Shown piece by piece: positions 46,451 to 57,375 of a stretch of 64,000 nt of DNA (position 1 is the first letter of the stretch; every line of letters begins with the position of its first letter). The stretch comes from Candidatus Woesearchaeota archaeon. Lineage in GTDB: Archaea; Nanobdellota; Nanobdellia; SCGC-AAA011-G17; PNOQ01. Where the stretch lies: positions 5,382 to 69,381 of the forward strand of contig CAYPAI010000003.1 in NCBI GenBank assembly GCA_964408705.1. Direction: 5' to 3'. The notes below the pieces were generated by a model that saw nothing but the letters and a program-made list of their open reading frames with translations, was not told the origin of the DNA and did not search any database. The position numbers were made by a program, and so were the translations under genes.

Positions 46451-47578
46451 TTATTTTTTTAAAAATTTCATGAATGATTTTTTGTTTTCAATTGGTAAGG
46501 TTTTTGGTCTTCCCAAATCATTCCTACTGCCCTTTCTTATTTTTATTTCTAATAGTATTGGCCCATTTTTTTCCTTTAAAAATTTTAAATTATGTTTTAA
46601 TTCCTGTTTATTTTTTGCTTCTAGAGTATGTTTATAATTACAGGCTCTTGCAATTTTTTGGAGATCTATATATCTGCTAGATGTTGGTTGACCACCTACT
46701 GAATCATGTGATTCGTTGTTAAAAATTATGTGTTTAAAATTAGTTGGAGAAATTGATCCTATTGTTGCTAATGCCCCCATATGCATGATTAAAGATCCAT
46801 CACCATCTAAACAGAATATACTTTTGTCTTTTTTTTGTAAAGCTATGCCCAATGCAATTGAAGATGTGTGCCCCATTGATCCAACTGTATAAAAATCATT
46901 TTCATGTTTTTGATAGTTTTTTTCTCTAAACTCAAATAACTCTCTAGATAGTTTTCCCGTAGTAGAAACTATTACGTTTTCCTTATTTAAACCTTTAACA
47001 ACTTCAGTTAATGCTTCTTCTCTTGAAAGGTTATACTTCTTTGGCGATTCTTCAAGTAATTCATATTGTTCAAAAGTATTTTTTTTAATTACTAATGCAT
47101 AAGGAGAATTATTCTTTTCAGAATAATTTACTGCTTCGGTTATAATTTTAGAAATTTCCTTTGTTTCAGACGATATTATCTTGTAAGGTATTTCTAAATC
47201 TTCTAATAATCTTAAAGTAATTTTTCCTTGTTTTATATGTTGTGGCTCATCCTTTAATCCTGGTTCCCCCCTCCACCCTATCATTAATAATAATGGGATG
47301 CTATAAACTTCTTTGTCAGTTAATGAGCTTAAAGGATTTATTGCGTTTCCTTGTCCAGAATTTTGTAAGTATGCTAGTCCAATTTTTTTAGTAGATAAGT
47401 GATATCCTGCAGCTAATGCTATAGAATTTCCTTCATTTGCAGCAATTATATGGTTTTGTTTATCTACATTATCTTGAAGATATGCGCAAAATGATTTCAG
47501 TAAGGAATCTGGGACCCCTGTGAAAAATTCTATCCCATTTTTCTTTAAAATATTATAAAATTCTTTTATATTTATCAT
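46451..47578 (-). CDS. ppd: Phosphonopyruvate (sulfopyruvate-type) decarboxylase, TPP-dependent
   Basis: [14 protein letters not shown]-domain. TPP motif [16 protein letters not shown]...[11 protein letters not shown]. About 375 aa. The start was trimmed to Met 16, giving a 4-nt overlap with the upstream gene. Confidence 0.65.
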   Translation of the reverse strand: MINIKEFYNILKKNGIEFFTGVPDSLLKSFCAYLQDNVDKQNHIIAANEGNSIALAAGYHLSTKKIGLAYLQNSGQGNAINPLSSLTDKEVYSIPLLLMIGWRGEPGLKDEPQHIKQGKITLRLLEDLEIPYKIISSETKEISKIITEAVNYSEKNNSPYALVIKKNTFEQYELLEESPKKYNLSREEALTEVVKGLNKENVIVSTTGKLSRELFEFREKNYQKHENDFYTVGSMGHTSSIALGIALQKKDKSIFCLDGDGSLIMHMGALATIGSISPTNFKHIIFNNESHDSVGGQPTSSRYIDLQKIARACNYKHTLEAKNKQELKHNLKFLKEKNGPILLEIKIRKGSRNDLGRPKTLPIENKKSFMKFLKK

Positions 47579-48873
47579 TTGTGTTCTGGAATTAAGTTTA
47601 TTATCTCCTTGATAGGCATACATATTTTATTGTTAGCTTCAAAAGATCTTCCTTCTTTTAAGATAGATTCTGCAGTTTTTATCATTGCAGGGTATGCACT
47701 TCTTAAAAGATGATTTGCATAAATTACTACACTAATTCCCTCTTTTTTTAATTCTTTTTCTGTGATATGGCAATATGTGGAAGGTACTACTACTAATGGT
47801 ACTTTATTCTCTATTTTGGAGAATTCCTTGCAAAACTCTAATATCTCTGTTGATTCTTTTTCTTTACTATGAATCATTATTCCATCGGCCCCTGCCGAAA
47901 TGTATGCTTTTGATCTTTTTATTGCGTCTTCTATTCCCTTTCCTAGAATTAGACTTTCTATCCTTGCAATTATCATAAAATCTTCCGATATCTGTGATTT
48001 TTTTCCTGCTTTTATTTTTTTACTGAACAATTCCATACTGTCTTGTTTTTGGTTAGCATCTTTTCCGAATAATGAATTTTTTTTGAATCCTATTTTGTCT
48101 TCTATTATTATTGCAGATACTCCAAGTCGTTCTAATGTCCTAATTGTAAATGGAAAATGTTCTGTTCTCCCTCCAGTATCTCCATCAACTATAATTGGTT
48201 TTGTAGTTGTTTCTATTACTTGATTTAAGGTATCCATTCTTTCAACTAGTTCTATGTCAGGTTTTCCTTTTGCAGTTGAATCAGTTAAACTACTTATCCA
48301 AATTCCATCAAATTCTTCTTTTTTATTATTTTTTATTATTTTTGTATTTTCTACTATGAGTCCACTTAAGCCATTATGTGCTTCTAAAAATCTAATAATC
48401 TCTTTTGCATTCAATAATCTTCTTAATTTTTTCATTCTAATCTCAGGAGTGGTTCCAATTTTTTTAATTAGTTGATGTAATTGGGTTGAAGAGATTCCTG
48501 GAGTATATGGTATTTCTATTAGTTCCCCACCCCATAAGGAAATAGTGTCTAAAACTCTTTTTCTTGTTTCTTTTTGTATTCCTTCTTTCCAATCATCTCC
48601 ATGTACAACATAATCTGGTTTTATTTTCATTAAATTTGGAACATAATCTAAGGTATCTTGAGGGACAACTTGGCTAATTCCCTTGATATTCTCAATTACT
48701 TTTTTTCTTTGTTCATAAGTCAGGGCAGGCAATCTTTTGTAGCTGGCTATCGCTTTGTCAGTTAGTAATCCCAATGTCACTTCCCCATATTTTTTTGCTT
48801 CGTTGATTATGTTTAGGTGTCCGTGATGTATTAAATCTGCACTCATCCCAATATACACTTTTTTAGCTTTCAT
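47575..48873 (-). CDS. pepM: Cytidylyltransferase-PEP mutase fusion (N-terminal HxGH nucleotidyltransferase, C-terminal phosphoenolpyruvate phosphomutase)
   Basis: N-terminal [16 protein letters not shown] (CTP-transferase HxGH). C-terminal [12 protein letters not shown]...DGDTGG...[14 protein letters not shown], that is the PepM-specific EDKxxxxxNS motif that separates PepM from other ICL-family members. Confidence 0.75.
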   Translation of the reverse strand: MKAKKVYIGMSADLIHHGHLNIINEAKKYGEVTLGLLTDKAIASYKRLPALTYEQRKKVIENIKGISQVVPQDTLDYVPNLMKIKPDYVVHGDDWKEGIQKETRKRVLDTISLWGGELIEIPYTPGISSTQLHQLIKKIGTTPEIRMKKLRRLLNAKEIIRFLEAHNGLSGLIVENTKIIKNNKKEEFDGIWISSLTDSTAKGKPDIELVERMDTLNQVIETTTKPIIVDGDTGGRTEHFPFTIRTLERLGVSAIIIEDKIGFKKNSLFGKDANQKQDSMELFSKKIKAGKKSQISEDFMIIARIESLILGKGIEDAIKRSKAYISAGADGIMIHSKEKESTEILEFCKEFSKIENKVPLVVVPSTYCHITEKELKKEGISVVIYANHLLRSAYPAMIKTAESILKEGRSFEANNKICMPIKEIINLIPEHK

Positions 48874-48968
48874 TTTATAATTTTAGATTTTAAACTATTA
48901 ATAAAAGTTGTTTATCTATGTTCTATATTAAAAATTGATGATTATATCGAAAATTAAATAAACATATC

Positions 48969-49631
48969 TTGATTTATAAGGATATGAGTCAGATTATGAA
49001 TTTAAGAAAAAAGCCATATAGTGAGTCTTATTTAACTCAATTATTTAGATTTTTTTCTTATCCATTTACATATTTACTTTGTAAGATTAATGTTACACCT
49101 AATCAAATCTCATTTTTTAGTTTTATTTTAGTTTTATTTTCAGCATATCTTTTTTCTACAGGATTAAGTAATTATTTAGTAGTTGGTGGTCTAATTTATT
49201 TTTTTAGTGCAATTTTAGACCATTCAGATGGTGAAGTTGCAAGAGTAAAGGGTGTTGAGAGTAAATTTGGTATGTGGTTTGATGGAGTTTTAGATAGGGT
49301 TGGAGATGTTTTTGTTTTAATAGGTATCTCTATAGGTGTTTTTGTTAAATCTCCTAAAATAGAAATTTTAATATTAGTTTTATTTGCAGTTATTAGTACT
49401 ACCATCTGGAGATTTTTAACTCTTTATACTGATTCAATTTTAAATTTTGATAAAAATACTACTATAAAAGCTAAAAAGATTGGTTTTGATGCTCCTATGA
49501 TGTATTTTTTAGTAACTTTAGCAGCGTTATTTGATAAATTTGTTTATCTTTTGTTATTTTTTGCAATTTTAGTAAATTTGGCATGGGTAAGAAATTTAAT
49601 TATTTGGTCCATTAAATATAGAAAAACCTAA
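48969..49631 (+). CDS. CDP-alcohol phosphatidyltransferase-family membrane protein
   Basis: DHSDGEVARVKGVESKFGMWFDGVLDRVGD matches D-G-x2-A-R-x8-G-x3-D-x3-D. Multi-TM. Confidence 0.65.
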   Translation: MIYKDMSQIMNLRKKPYSESYLTQLFRFFSYPFTYLLCKINVTPNQISFFSFILVLFSAYLFSTGLSNYLVVGGLIYFFSAILDHSDGEVARVKGVESKFGMWFDGVLDRVGDVFVLIGISIGVFVKSPKIEILILVLFAVISTTIWRFLTLYTDSILNFDKNTTIKAKKIGFDAPMMYFLVTLAALFDKFVYLLLFFAILVNLAWVRNLIIWSIKYRKT

Positions 49632-50735
49632 TTTTTTGTAAACATTATTGTATTTCTTTATGATGTTTTCCCATTTGTACTTTTTTGATTCCTTAATTAT
49701 TTTTGATTTATTCCATTCCTGGTGTAGTGAAGAAGATATTGCATTACTCAAGGCCTTGGAATCTTTTGTTGGAACTAACTTTCCATTATAGTTAGATATA
49801 ATATCTTCAGGCCCACCGCACTTAGTAGTTACAATAGGTAGGCCGCATGCTAGTGAATCAACGTAAACTATTCCAAATCCTTCATATAAACTAGGTAGTG
49901 TGAAAAGGTCTGATTGTTCATAATAATTTTTTAATCTATTGTCAGGGATAAATCCAGTAAATATTATATTTTCATTAATTTCTAATTTTCTTGATAATCT
50001 TTCTAATCTTTCTTTTTCAGGGCCCTTTCCACCTATTAAAAATTTTATATTTTTTGTTTTGGTTAATATTTCTGGTATAGCTCTTATCAAGTATTCCATT
50101 CCCTTTCTTGGATATAGTCTTTGTATGCTCAGAACTATTTTATCTTCTTCTTTTATGTTATGGGCCTTTCTAATATCGAAGGATGGGTCTGATTTTTCAT
50201 TAAACATATTTGTTCCATGAGGTATTTTTATTATTTCATTTTTGCATCCTTGTTTTTTTGCACTTTTAATCATATGGTCACACATCGTAGTTATATACTC
50301 AGAGTTATTCATAATATAACTTATATATGGGTTGAAGAGTTTTGGAATTGGTTTTATTGGATCATAAGTGTCCCATCCAGTTAGGCTAGTTATTAATGGG
50401 ATTTTCAATCTTTTTTTAATAGGTATAACTATCCCACCTAGTTGGTATGTGTGAAACATGTGAATAATATCTATATTATTTTTTTTAATAAATTTTGATA
50501 AGATTGTTCCTAGGCTGATCTGAGAAGATAGTGTGTTAAGTATTGGTAAGTTTATGAAAGGAAACCTATAAACTTCAATGTTATCTATTACTTCCCATTT
50601 TTTGGATCCCTTTAGTTTAGGGGTAAGTATATATATCTTATTAGTTTTTGCAAATCTTTTTGCAATTTCAAGTATTATTTGTTCTGTTCCACCCCTTGTT
50701 GGTAAAAAGGTAGGCGTAATCATTAATATTTTCAT
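49596..50735 (-). CDS. Family-4 (GT-B) glycosyltransferase
   Basis: GGxE...E motif region YEGFGIVYVDSLACGLPIVTTKCGGPEDII. Confidence 0.7.
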   Translation of the reverse strand: MKILMITPTFLPTRGGTEQIILEIAKRFAKTNKIYILTPKLKGSKKWEVIDNIEVYRFPFINLPILNTLSSQISLGTILSKFIKKNNIDIIHMFHTYQLGGIVIPIKKRLKIPLITSLTGWDTYDPIKPIPKLFNPYISYIMNNSEYITTMCDHMIKSAKKQGCKNEIIKIPHGTNMFNEKSDPSFDIRKAHNIKEEDKIVLSIQRLYPRKGMEYLIRAIPEILTKTKNIKFLIGGKGPEKERLERLSRKLEINENIIFTGFIPDNRLKNYYEQSDLFTLPSLYEGFGIVYVDSLACGLPIVTTKCGGPEDIISNYNGKLVPTKDSKALSNAISSSLHQEWNKSKIIKESKKYKWENIIKKYNNVYKKLGFSIFNGPNN

Positions 50736-51262
50736 TTTTTTACTTCCAATAAAAAATGTACTTCTGATGAAGGAACGGTAAAACTAAATAATCTTTGATA
50801 AAAAATTGGCGCTAAATTTATTAAAATATCAAAAATTGATGATAGTTTGTTACTTTTCATAAATTTTCTTGAGGAGAGGAAAAATATTTTTCTTTTTTTA
50901 ATTTTAAATCTTGCCGAAGAATAATATCCTCCTTCAAAATATTCAAAAGTTTTGTATGTAAAAAATCTTTTATGAGTAGGATCATTAAAGGCACCTTGTC
51001 CGGAAAAATAAGGCACTATTATTTTTATTTTTGCACCATTTTTACATATTCTGTGTAATTCTTCCATAACTTTGACTAAGTCATTTAAATGTTCCAATGT
51101 GTGTTGAGTATATACTTCACTGATTTCATTATCTTCAAAAGGGTATGGGAATTTTTCAAGGTCTTGGATTATGTCTACACCTTTTAAGTTTGCTATATCT
51201 ATATTGATGTATCCTTCTTTTATATTGTTCCCACAGCCTAAATGTAATCTTTTTGACTTCAT
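50732..51262 (-). CDS. Class-I SAM-dependent methyltransferase (Methyltransf_11-like)
   Basis: LHLGCGNNIKEGYINIDI ... TLEHL. Confidence 0.5.
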   Translation of the reverse strand: MKSKRLHLGCGNNIKEGYINIDIANLKGVDIIQDLEKFPYPFEDNEISEVYTQHTLEHLNDLVKVMEELHRICKNGAKIKIIVPYFSGQGAFNDPTHKRFFTYKTFEYFEGGYYSSARFKIKKRKIFFLSSRKFMKSNKLSSIFDILINLAPIFYQRLFSFTVPSSEVHFLLEVKK

Positions 51263-52485
51263 TTCATATATTCCTTGATTATCTTTTTTATTACTATGTC
51301 TTTTTTGAATTTGTTGTTAAATATTTTTTTACTATTTTTACCCATCTCATTTCTTAATTGAGAATTATTTATAAGTATCATCATTTTATCTTCCAATTCT
51401 TTTTGAGATTTAATTAAAAAACCATTTATCGAATCTTTAACAAACTCTTCATTACCTCCACTATTAGTAGATATAATTGGTTTTCCAAAATAAGTTGCTT
51501 CAAATAAAACTCTAGGTAGTGGTTCTGGCCATAGCGATGATTGAATTATTATGTCTGATTGTTCATATATTGAAGGAATATATTTGTAGTCTATATTACC
51601 ATAAAAATTTATATTTTTATTTGATATTTTTTTTAAATAATTTTTTTGAGATCCTTCTCCAAATATAGAAAGATAAGTATTTTTTGGGTTGAGTTTGGTG
51701 AATGCTTTGATTAATAGCTCGGTCCCTTTAATTTTTTCTAAAGTTCCAATATAACTTATATTTATTTTATTTTTTTTGATTTTAAACTCAGATTTTTTTA
51801 CGGTTATATCAAACAAGTTTGGGATTTTAGGTATTTTATGTTTTGCTATATTATTCTTTAGTAATATCTTTATGGAGTAATCAGATAGTGCGATATACTT
51901 GTCAATATTCTTTAAACTTTTGTTATTTTTTTTGTATACTAAGTATAGTGCTATCCAAAATAAAGGATTATATCTAAGGTATTTTGGCATTTCATATTTG
52001 CCTATGAATTTGGAGTTAGATATGCAGTTAACACATTTTGTGAATTTTGCCCCGGAACATGATGTTTTTTCTTTGTAAAACAAGTTTCTTTTTGGGCAAA
52101 AATTTGTGTAACTGTTAAATGTTGCTATCTTTTTTGCTTTTGATTTGATTTTAAAACTAGGGATGGTTGTAGTATTTAGAAAATGGATAACATCATAATT
52201 TTCTTTTTTTATTATTTTTTTTATTTCAGTTTTTAAACTATGCTGTAGAAAGATTATTCTTTTAATATTTTCATATAAACTTGATGGATTTTTTCCAGTT
52301 TTCAATAATCTGAATATTCTAATTCCATTTTTATTTTCTATAGTTTTTTTATTAAATTTTTTTGAGGTTAGCACATCTACTTCTATTTTATTTTCTTTTA
52401 ATTCTTTAGCTAAGTTGAATGCACTTATTTCTCCGCCTCCAAAAATTAAAGGAGGAAAATATTCTGTAACGATTAAAACTTTCAT
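51259..52485 (-). CDS. Family-4 glycosyltransferase
   Basis: C-terminal LWPEPLPRVLFEATYFGKPIISTNSGGNEEFV. Confidence 0.7.
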   Translation of the reverse strand: MKVLIVTEYFPPLIFGGGEISAFNLAKELKENKIEVDVLTSKKFNKKTIENKNGIRIFRLLKTGKNPSSLYENIKRIIFLQHSLKTEIKKIIKKENYDVIHFLNTTTIPSFKIKSKAKKIATFNSYTNFCPKRNLFYKEKTSCSGAKFTKCVNCISNSKFIGKYEMPKYLRYNPLFWIALYLVYKKNNKSLKNIDKYIALSDYSIKILLKNNIAKHKIPKIPNLFDITVKKSEFKIKKNKINISYIGTLEKIKGTELLIKAFTKLNPKNTYLSIFGEGSQKNYLKKISNKNINFYGNIDYKYIPSIYEQSDIIIQSSLWPEPLPRVLFEATYFGKPIISTNSGGNEEFVKDSINGFLIKSQKELEDKMMILINNSQLRNEMGKNSKKIFNNKFKKDIVIKKIIKEYMK

Positions 52486-53615
52486 ATTGTCTCCAAATAT
52501 ATCTTTTCTATTTTCTTAGATATTTCTTTCCAGTCATATTCTTTTGAGATGGTTTTTGTTTCATTATATTTTTTTAAATATAAATCTTGATCATAGATTA
52601 GTTTTAATAATTTTTTACTTAAGTCTCTACTATTTTCTTTTTCAAAAAATAGTCCACCCCTACCTTGTTTAGTTGTTTCTTTTAATACTTCTATGTCTGC
52701 ACATACATAAGGGATATTTGCAGAACATGATTCTATTAGCACTATACCAAATCCTTCTAGAACACTTGGTAAACAGAAAATATCGCTTTTTTTGAGAATT
52801 TTTATTACTTCTTTATGGTCTTTCACATATCCTTTTAGAATTATATTTTCATTTAGTTTTAATTTGTTTATTGTTTCTTTTATTTCATTTTCTTCTGGAC
52901 CTTGCCCAATTATTATGCAACTTATGTTGGGAACTATTTTTTTTAGTTTGTTTATTGCAAGAATTAAGTCTTTTACTCTTTTTTGTTTAGTTAGCCTAGA
53001 TACACAACATACTGTGGGTTTATCATATTTTTTTTCAATTTTTGAATATTCTTTTATATTTATTCCGTTAGGGATTATGATTATATCTTCTCTTTTGGTT
53101 TTAGATTTTATTCTATCTTTTGTATATTTACTAACTGAAATTATTTTGTCCCATTTTTTAGATAATACTGCTCTCTCCCAGACCTCTCCGAACATACCAG
53201 AGATAAATCCTTTATTTTTTATCCATTCTCCTTTCCAAGTTTCATGATATGTTGCTATGTTTTTGCAGTTAGTTTTTTTTGATGCAAAGTAAGCAGGAAG
53301 ATAACTTATGAAATTATAACCATCTATTATATCGGATTTTATTGATTTTGCTTTTTTATATGCAGCTATCGCAAATATAAATCTAGAGATCAAGTTTCCT
53401 TTATTGCTGTAAGGATGATTAATTCCAACTTTGTGTATGTTTATATTTTTTAAGTTATAATTTCTTTTTTCATTTTTTTTCCAAGAAGTTATTACATTTA
53501 TTTTATGTTTTTTTGCTAGTTGTTTAGCGATATTAAAACAACGAGATTCTACTCCTCCAGTTATATCTCCTGCTCCAGAATACGGAAAATATTCAGAGAT
53601 TAAAGTAATATTCAT
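52482..53615 (-). CDS. Family-4 glycosyltransferase
   Basis: LEGFGIVLIESCSANIPYVCADI... Confidence 0.7.
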   Translation of the reverse strand: MNITLISEYFPYSGAGDITGGVESRCFNIAKQLAKKHKINVITSWKKNEKRNYNLKNINIHKVGINHPYSNKGNLISRFIFAIAAYKKAKSIKSDIIDGYNFISYLPAYFASKKTNCKNIATYHETWKGEWIKNKGFISGMFGEVWERAVLSKKWDKIISVSKYTKDRIKSKTKREDIIIIPNGINIKEYSKIEKKYDKPTVCCVSRLTKQKRVKDLILAINKLKKIVPNISCIIIGQGPEENEIKETINKLKLNENIILKGYVKDHKEVIKILKKSDIFCLPSVLEGFGIVLIESCSANIPYVCADIEVLKETTKQGRGGLFFEKENSRDLSKKLLKLIYDQDLYLKKYNETKTISKEYDWKEISKKIEKIYLETI

Positions 53616-53938
53616 TTTGCTTTTTTTATTGCAATTGTCCTTATGATTTTGGTTATTCTTTTATTTGTGTCTACTAAATGTATATAAACTCTAAATATTA
53701 GGTAGCAGATTACGACTAATCCGGAGTATACTATTGCATCTGTACCTCTTTCTATCCCTAATGTTTTAGCAATAATGCTTAAATAATTAGGAAATATTAA
53801 TACTAAAATTATGAATACCCATAAAACTGTCCAAAATATTGCCTCTACTCCTTTTAGATTTTTATTTTTTATTTGTAAAAAAACTCTACTTATTGCAAAT
53901 AATGAGAAGATTATGAACACTATTTGAAATATTTCCAT
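53612..53938 (-). CDS. Small 3-TM membrane protein (DUF2304/GtrA-like partner of the adjacent GT2)
   Basis: 108 aa, hydrophobic. Overlaps the stop/start of neighbouring genes. Confidence 0.35.
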   Translation of the reverse strand: MEIFQIVFIIFSLFAISRVFLQIKNKNLKGVEAIFWTVLWVFIILVLIFPNYLSIIAKTLGIERGTDAIVYSGLVVICYLIFRVYIHLVDTNKRITKIIRTIAIKKAK

Positions 53939-53939
53939 T

Positions 53940-54629
53940 TTATTTTAATTTCTCCAATATCATTTTTAGTAATATACTTATTGAGTTTAGGTTACTTTGC
54001 CCATTTTTTAAACTTTCTGATGTATATTTTATTGTAACAGGCACTTCTTTATATTTTAATTTATTTTTTTTAACCTGATTGATTATTTCTGATGCATGTT
54101 CCATACCTTCTGGAAGTCTAAATTTTTTTGCAGCTGAGTTAGATATTGCTCTAAATCCGTTATGTGCATCTGTTAATTTCATACCATACATTGCCCATAT
54201 GATCAGAATTGCACCTTTTAGGATTATTTTTCTAGATAATGGTATGTTTTGTTTTTTCATAAATCTAGATCCTAAACAAATTTCTGCCTCATTATTTAAA
54301 ATTGGTTTTACTAATTTTGAAATTTCTTTCGCATCGTGTTGATTATCTCCATCGAATGTTATTATTATTTTTGCATTATTTATCAATGCATAATCTATTC
54401 CAGTTTGTAATGCTGCACCTTGGCCACAATTAAGTATGTGAGTTAAGACTTTAACTTTTTTTGATTTTACTATTTCTTCAGTTTTATCTTTAGACCCATC
54501 ATTTACTATTATTATATTAGTATAACCTTCCTTTTTTAGAGAGTCTATTGTTTTAGAAATATTTCTTTCTTCATTATATGCAGGAGTTATGATAAATATT
54601 TCTTTTTTGTTCATAAATTTAAGACACAT
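53940..54629 (-). CDS. GT2 dolichyl-phosphate-sugar synthase-like glycosyltransferase
   Basis: IFIITPAYNEERNI...IIIVNDGSKDKT...FDGDNQHD (the DxD motif). Confidence 0.65.
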   Translation of the reverse strand: MCLKFMNKKEIFIITPAYNEERNISKTIDSLKKEGYTNIIIVNDGSKDKTEEIVKSKKVKVLTHILNCGQGAALQTGIDYALINNAKIIITFDGDNQHDAKEISKLVKPILNNEAEICLGSRFMKKQNIPLSRKIILKGAILIIWAMYGMKLTDAHNGFRAISNSAAKKFRLPEGMEHASEIINQVKKNKLKYKEVPVTIKYTSESLKNGQSNLNSISILLKMILEKLK

Positions 54630-54722
54630 ATATTAATTTAAAAGAGTTATGCACTAAAAATCTTTTATTAATTTATTTCCGATTAATAAGTTATTTAAAT
54701 AGAAGGTTTTTACATTAAGATA

Positions 54723-55730
54723 GTGGAAAAAACAATATTTATAACTGGTATTGCTGGATTTCTTGGAAGTCATTTAGCTGATAGATTTTTACAGGAAGGA
54801 CATAGAGTTATTGGAACTGATAGTTTGATAGGTGGTTATACAGATAATGTTCCTAAAGGTGCAGAATTTTATACTTATGATTGTAATCATTATAATTCCA
54901 TGAAGAAAATAACTAAAGGAGTAGATGTAGTTTATCATTGTGCTGCTACAGCATATGAAGGGCTTAGTGTTTTTTCACCTTATTTTGTTAATAAAAATGT
55001 TTATCAGAATACTGCTTCTGTTTTAAGTGCTTCAGTTTCAAATGGGGTTAAAAGGTTTGTTTTTACTTCATCTATGGCTAGATACGGGAGTAATAAAGTT
55101 CCATTTACTGAAGATATGATACCAAAACCTCAAGACCCATATGGGATAGCAAAATATTCTTCCGAATTACTTATAAAAAATTTAGCAGAAACTCATGGAA
55201 TGGAACATGTTATTGCAGTACCTCACAATATAATTGGACCTAGGCAAAAATATGACGATCCTTATCGTAATGTTGCTTCAATATTTATTAATCGTATGTT
55301 AAAAGGTCAGCAGCCAATCATTTATGGAGACGGTGAACAAAAGAGATGTTTTTCATTTGTTCAAGACTGTATACAATGTTTAGAACGTGTTGCTTTTGAC
55401 AAAAAAGTAGATGGTGAAATAATAAATATTGGCCCAGATGAAGAGTTTGTAACTATAAATAAACTTGCTAAAACTATTGCAGATCTAACTAAATTTAATC
55501 TTAAACCTATATATTATCCAGATAGACCTCAGGAAGTTAAACTTGCTACATGTTCTGCAGATAAAGCAAGAAAGTTATTGAATTATGAAACTAAATATAC
55601 CCTTAACCAAGGTTTATCTGAAATGATAAATTCTATAAAAGAAAGAGGTACCAAACCATTTAGATACCACATTGATCTAGAAATTGTTAATAATAAAACC
55701 CCTAAGACTTGGAAGGATAAATTATTTTAA
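54723..55730 (+). CDS. NAD-dependent nucleotide-sugar epimerase/dehydratase (SDR, UDP-glucuronate decarboxylase / 4-epimerase-like)
   Basis: IFITGIAGFLGSHL, catalytic YGIAKYSSE. Confidence 0.7.
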   Translation: MEKTIFITGIAGFLGSHLADRFLQEGHRVIGTDSLIGGYTDNVPKGAEFYTYDCNHYNSMKKITKGVDVVYHCAATAYEGLSVFSPYFVNKNVYQNTASVLSASVSNGVKRFVFTSSMARYGSNKVPFTEDMIPKPQDPYGIAKYSSELLIKNLAETHGMEHVIAVPHNIIGPRQKYDDPYRNVASIFINRMLKGQQPIIYGDGEQKRCFSFVQDCIQCLERVAFDKKVDGEIINIGPDEEFVTINKLAKTIADLTKFNLKPIYYPDRPQEVKLATCSADKARKLLNYETKYTLNQGLSEMINSIKERGTKPFRYHIDLEIVNNKTPKTWKDKLF

Positions 55731-55731
55731 G

Positions 55732-57375
55732 ATGAATTTTAATTTAAAACTACTTTTCAAATCTAAGAAGAATTTAGTTTTATTATTATTATTATTATTA
55801 GTATTAGCATTTGCTTTTTATCTTAGAGTATATCATGTTGATTATCCTGTAATAGGATATCATAATTGGAAAGAAACTCATTATTTAACAGAGTCTAGGA
55901 ATTTTGCTTCTGATGGTTTTTTTCAAAATGGATTTTTAGTTCCTGCCTGGGATTATCCTTCAATCAATTCAGATCCTTCCGGTGCACACTCAGATAGTTT
56001 TCCATCTGGCCCAATTATTTTAGGTATTTTGTTTATGATTTTTGGACCTAGCTTAATTTTAGCTAGATTAGTTTCAATATTCCTTTCACTTGGTTCAATA
56101 TTTTTAGTTTATTTAATTGTAAAAAAACTTTTTAAGAGAACTGACCTTGCATTAATTTCTTCCTTAGTTTTAGCTATTGCACCATTACATATATTTTTTG
56201 GAAGACAAGTCCAATTAATTAGTTATGCCTTGTTTTTTGTATTGTTGGGTACTTATTATTATCTTGATTGGAGAAAAAATTTTAGTTGGAAAAATACAGT
56301 CCTATTTTCTTTTTTTATGGGGTTGGGTATTTTAACAAAATACAGTTATTTTCTTTTTGCTTTACCAATAATTTTTACAATTCCTTACAAAAGGTTTTTC
56401 AGAAAAATAAATTTTAAAAAAATTATGTTTATATTTTGTTTATGTTTGATTTTTCTTTCATGGATACCTTATTCTTATTCAATTTCAGAGAATACTAATT
56501 CTTCACATCAATTGACTAATGCAATAAATTTAGGTACAATTAAAGATTCTGGTTTTTGGGATGCAATGAAAGTTTATGGAGTAGATAATTATTCAAAAGT
56601 TGGATTAATATTTGTAGTATTAGGGTTGCTATTCTATCTTTTTTTGATTAATCTAGATAAAAATAGTTTTCAATATAAATTTATATTTTTTCATATTCTT
56701 TTTGTTTTTATTTGGTTTTTCTTAATGGCAAATAAACTTAAGGGACACAGTTATCATCAGTTTCCTTTATTGTTTATTTTTAGTTTTTTGGTTGCAGTCT
56801 TTATTTTATCAAGTTCAATATTTTTAAGTAGAATCATATATCTTAAAAAATTAAAATGGCTAATTGTTTCAGGATTTATTATTTTATTTTTTTTAAGTAG
56901 TCTTGCCCCAGTTAATAGGATGTTTGATACTCAATTTTTTGGTATAGAGTTGGGCGGAAAATATCTTAATGACTATGGCCTTGAAGGAGAAAGAGTTATG
57001 CATAGTTCACACCAAGCATTTGGATTGCTTTGGCATGCGGATATGATGGGGACTAGAGGAATACCTTCGACTGTTGAAGAGATGGAACGTTCAAGAATTG
57101 AACTGAATGCTACTTGGTTATTTATTTACGAGTGGGATAATCACATATTATATGGTAGTGATGAAAGGTCAGAATATATAAAAAATAATTATCAATTAAA
57201 CCAGTTTGGATTTAAAATTGAGGGTGATAAAATTGTTCCAATCTACTCTTTGTTGAAGTATGGTGGTCAGTTTTCTGAGGAAGAATTAACAACTAGGATT
57301 CAACAAGGGGATTTTTTAAGCAAAACTTATGAATTAAGTCAGAGAGATGTAACACTAAATTATCTCGATTTATGA
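55732..57375 (+). CDS. Polytopic glycosyltransferase of the PMT/ArnT (GT39/GT83) type
   Basis: About 11 N-terminal TM helices and a soluble C-terminal domain. The start was trimmed to the ATG at 55732, right after the upstream stop. Family call by architecture only. Confidence 0.45.
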   Translation: MNFNLKLLFKSKKNLVLLLLLLLVLAFAFYLRVYHVDYPVIGYHNWKETHYLTESRNFASDGFFQNGFLVPAWDYPSINSDPSGAHSDSFPSGPIILGILFMIFGPSLILARLVSIFLSLGSIFLVYLIVKKLFKRTDLALISSLVLAIAPLHIFFGRQVQLISYALFFVLLGTYYYLDWRKNFSWKNTVLFSFFMGLGILTKYSYFLFALPIIFTIPYKRFFRKINFKKIMFIFCLCLIFLSWIPYSYSISENTNSSHQLTNAINLGTIKDSGFWDAMKVYGVDNYSKVGLIFVVLGLLFYLFLINLDKNSFQYKFIFFHILFVFIWFFLMANKLKGHSYHQFPLLFIFSFLVAVFILSSSIFLSRIIYLKKLKWLIVSGFIILFFLSSLAPVNRMFDTQFFGIELGGKYLNDYGLEGERVMHSSHQAFGLLWHADMMGTRGIPSTVEEMERSRIELNATWLFIYEWDNHILYGSDERSEYIKNNYQLNQFGFKIEGDKIVPIYSLLKYGGQFSEEELTTRIQQGDFLSKTYELSQRDVTLNYLDL

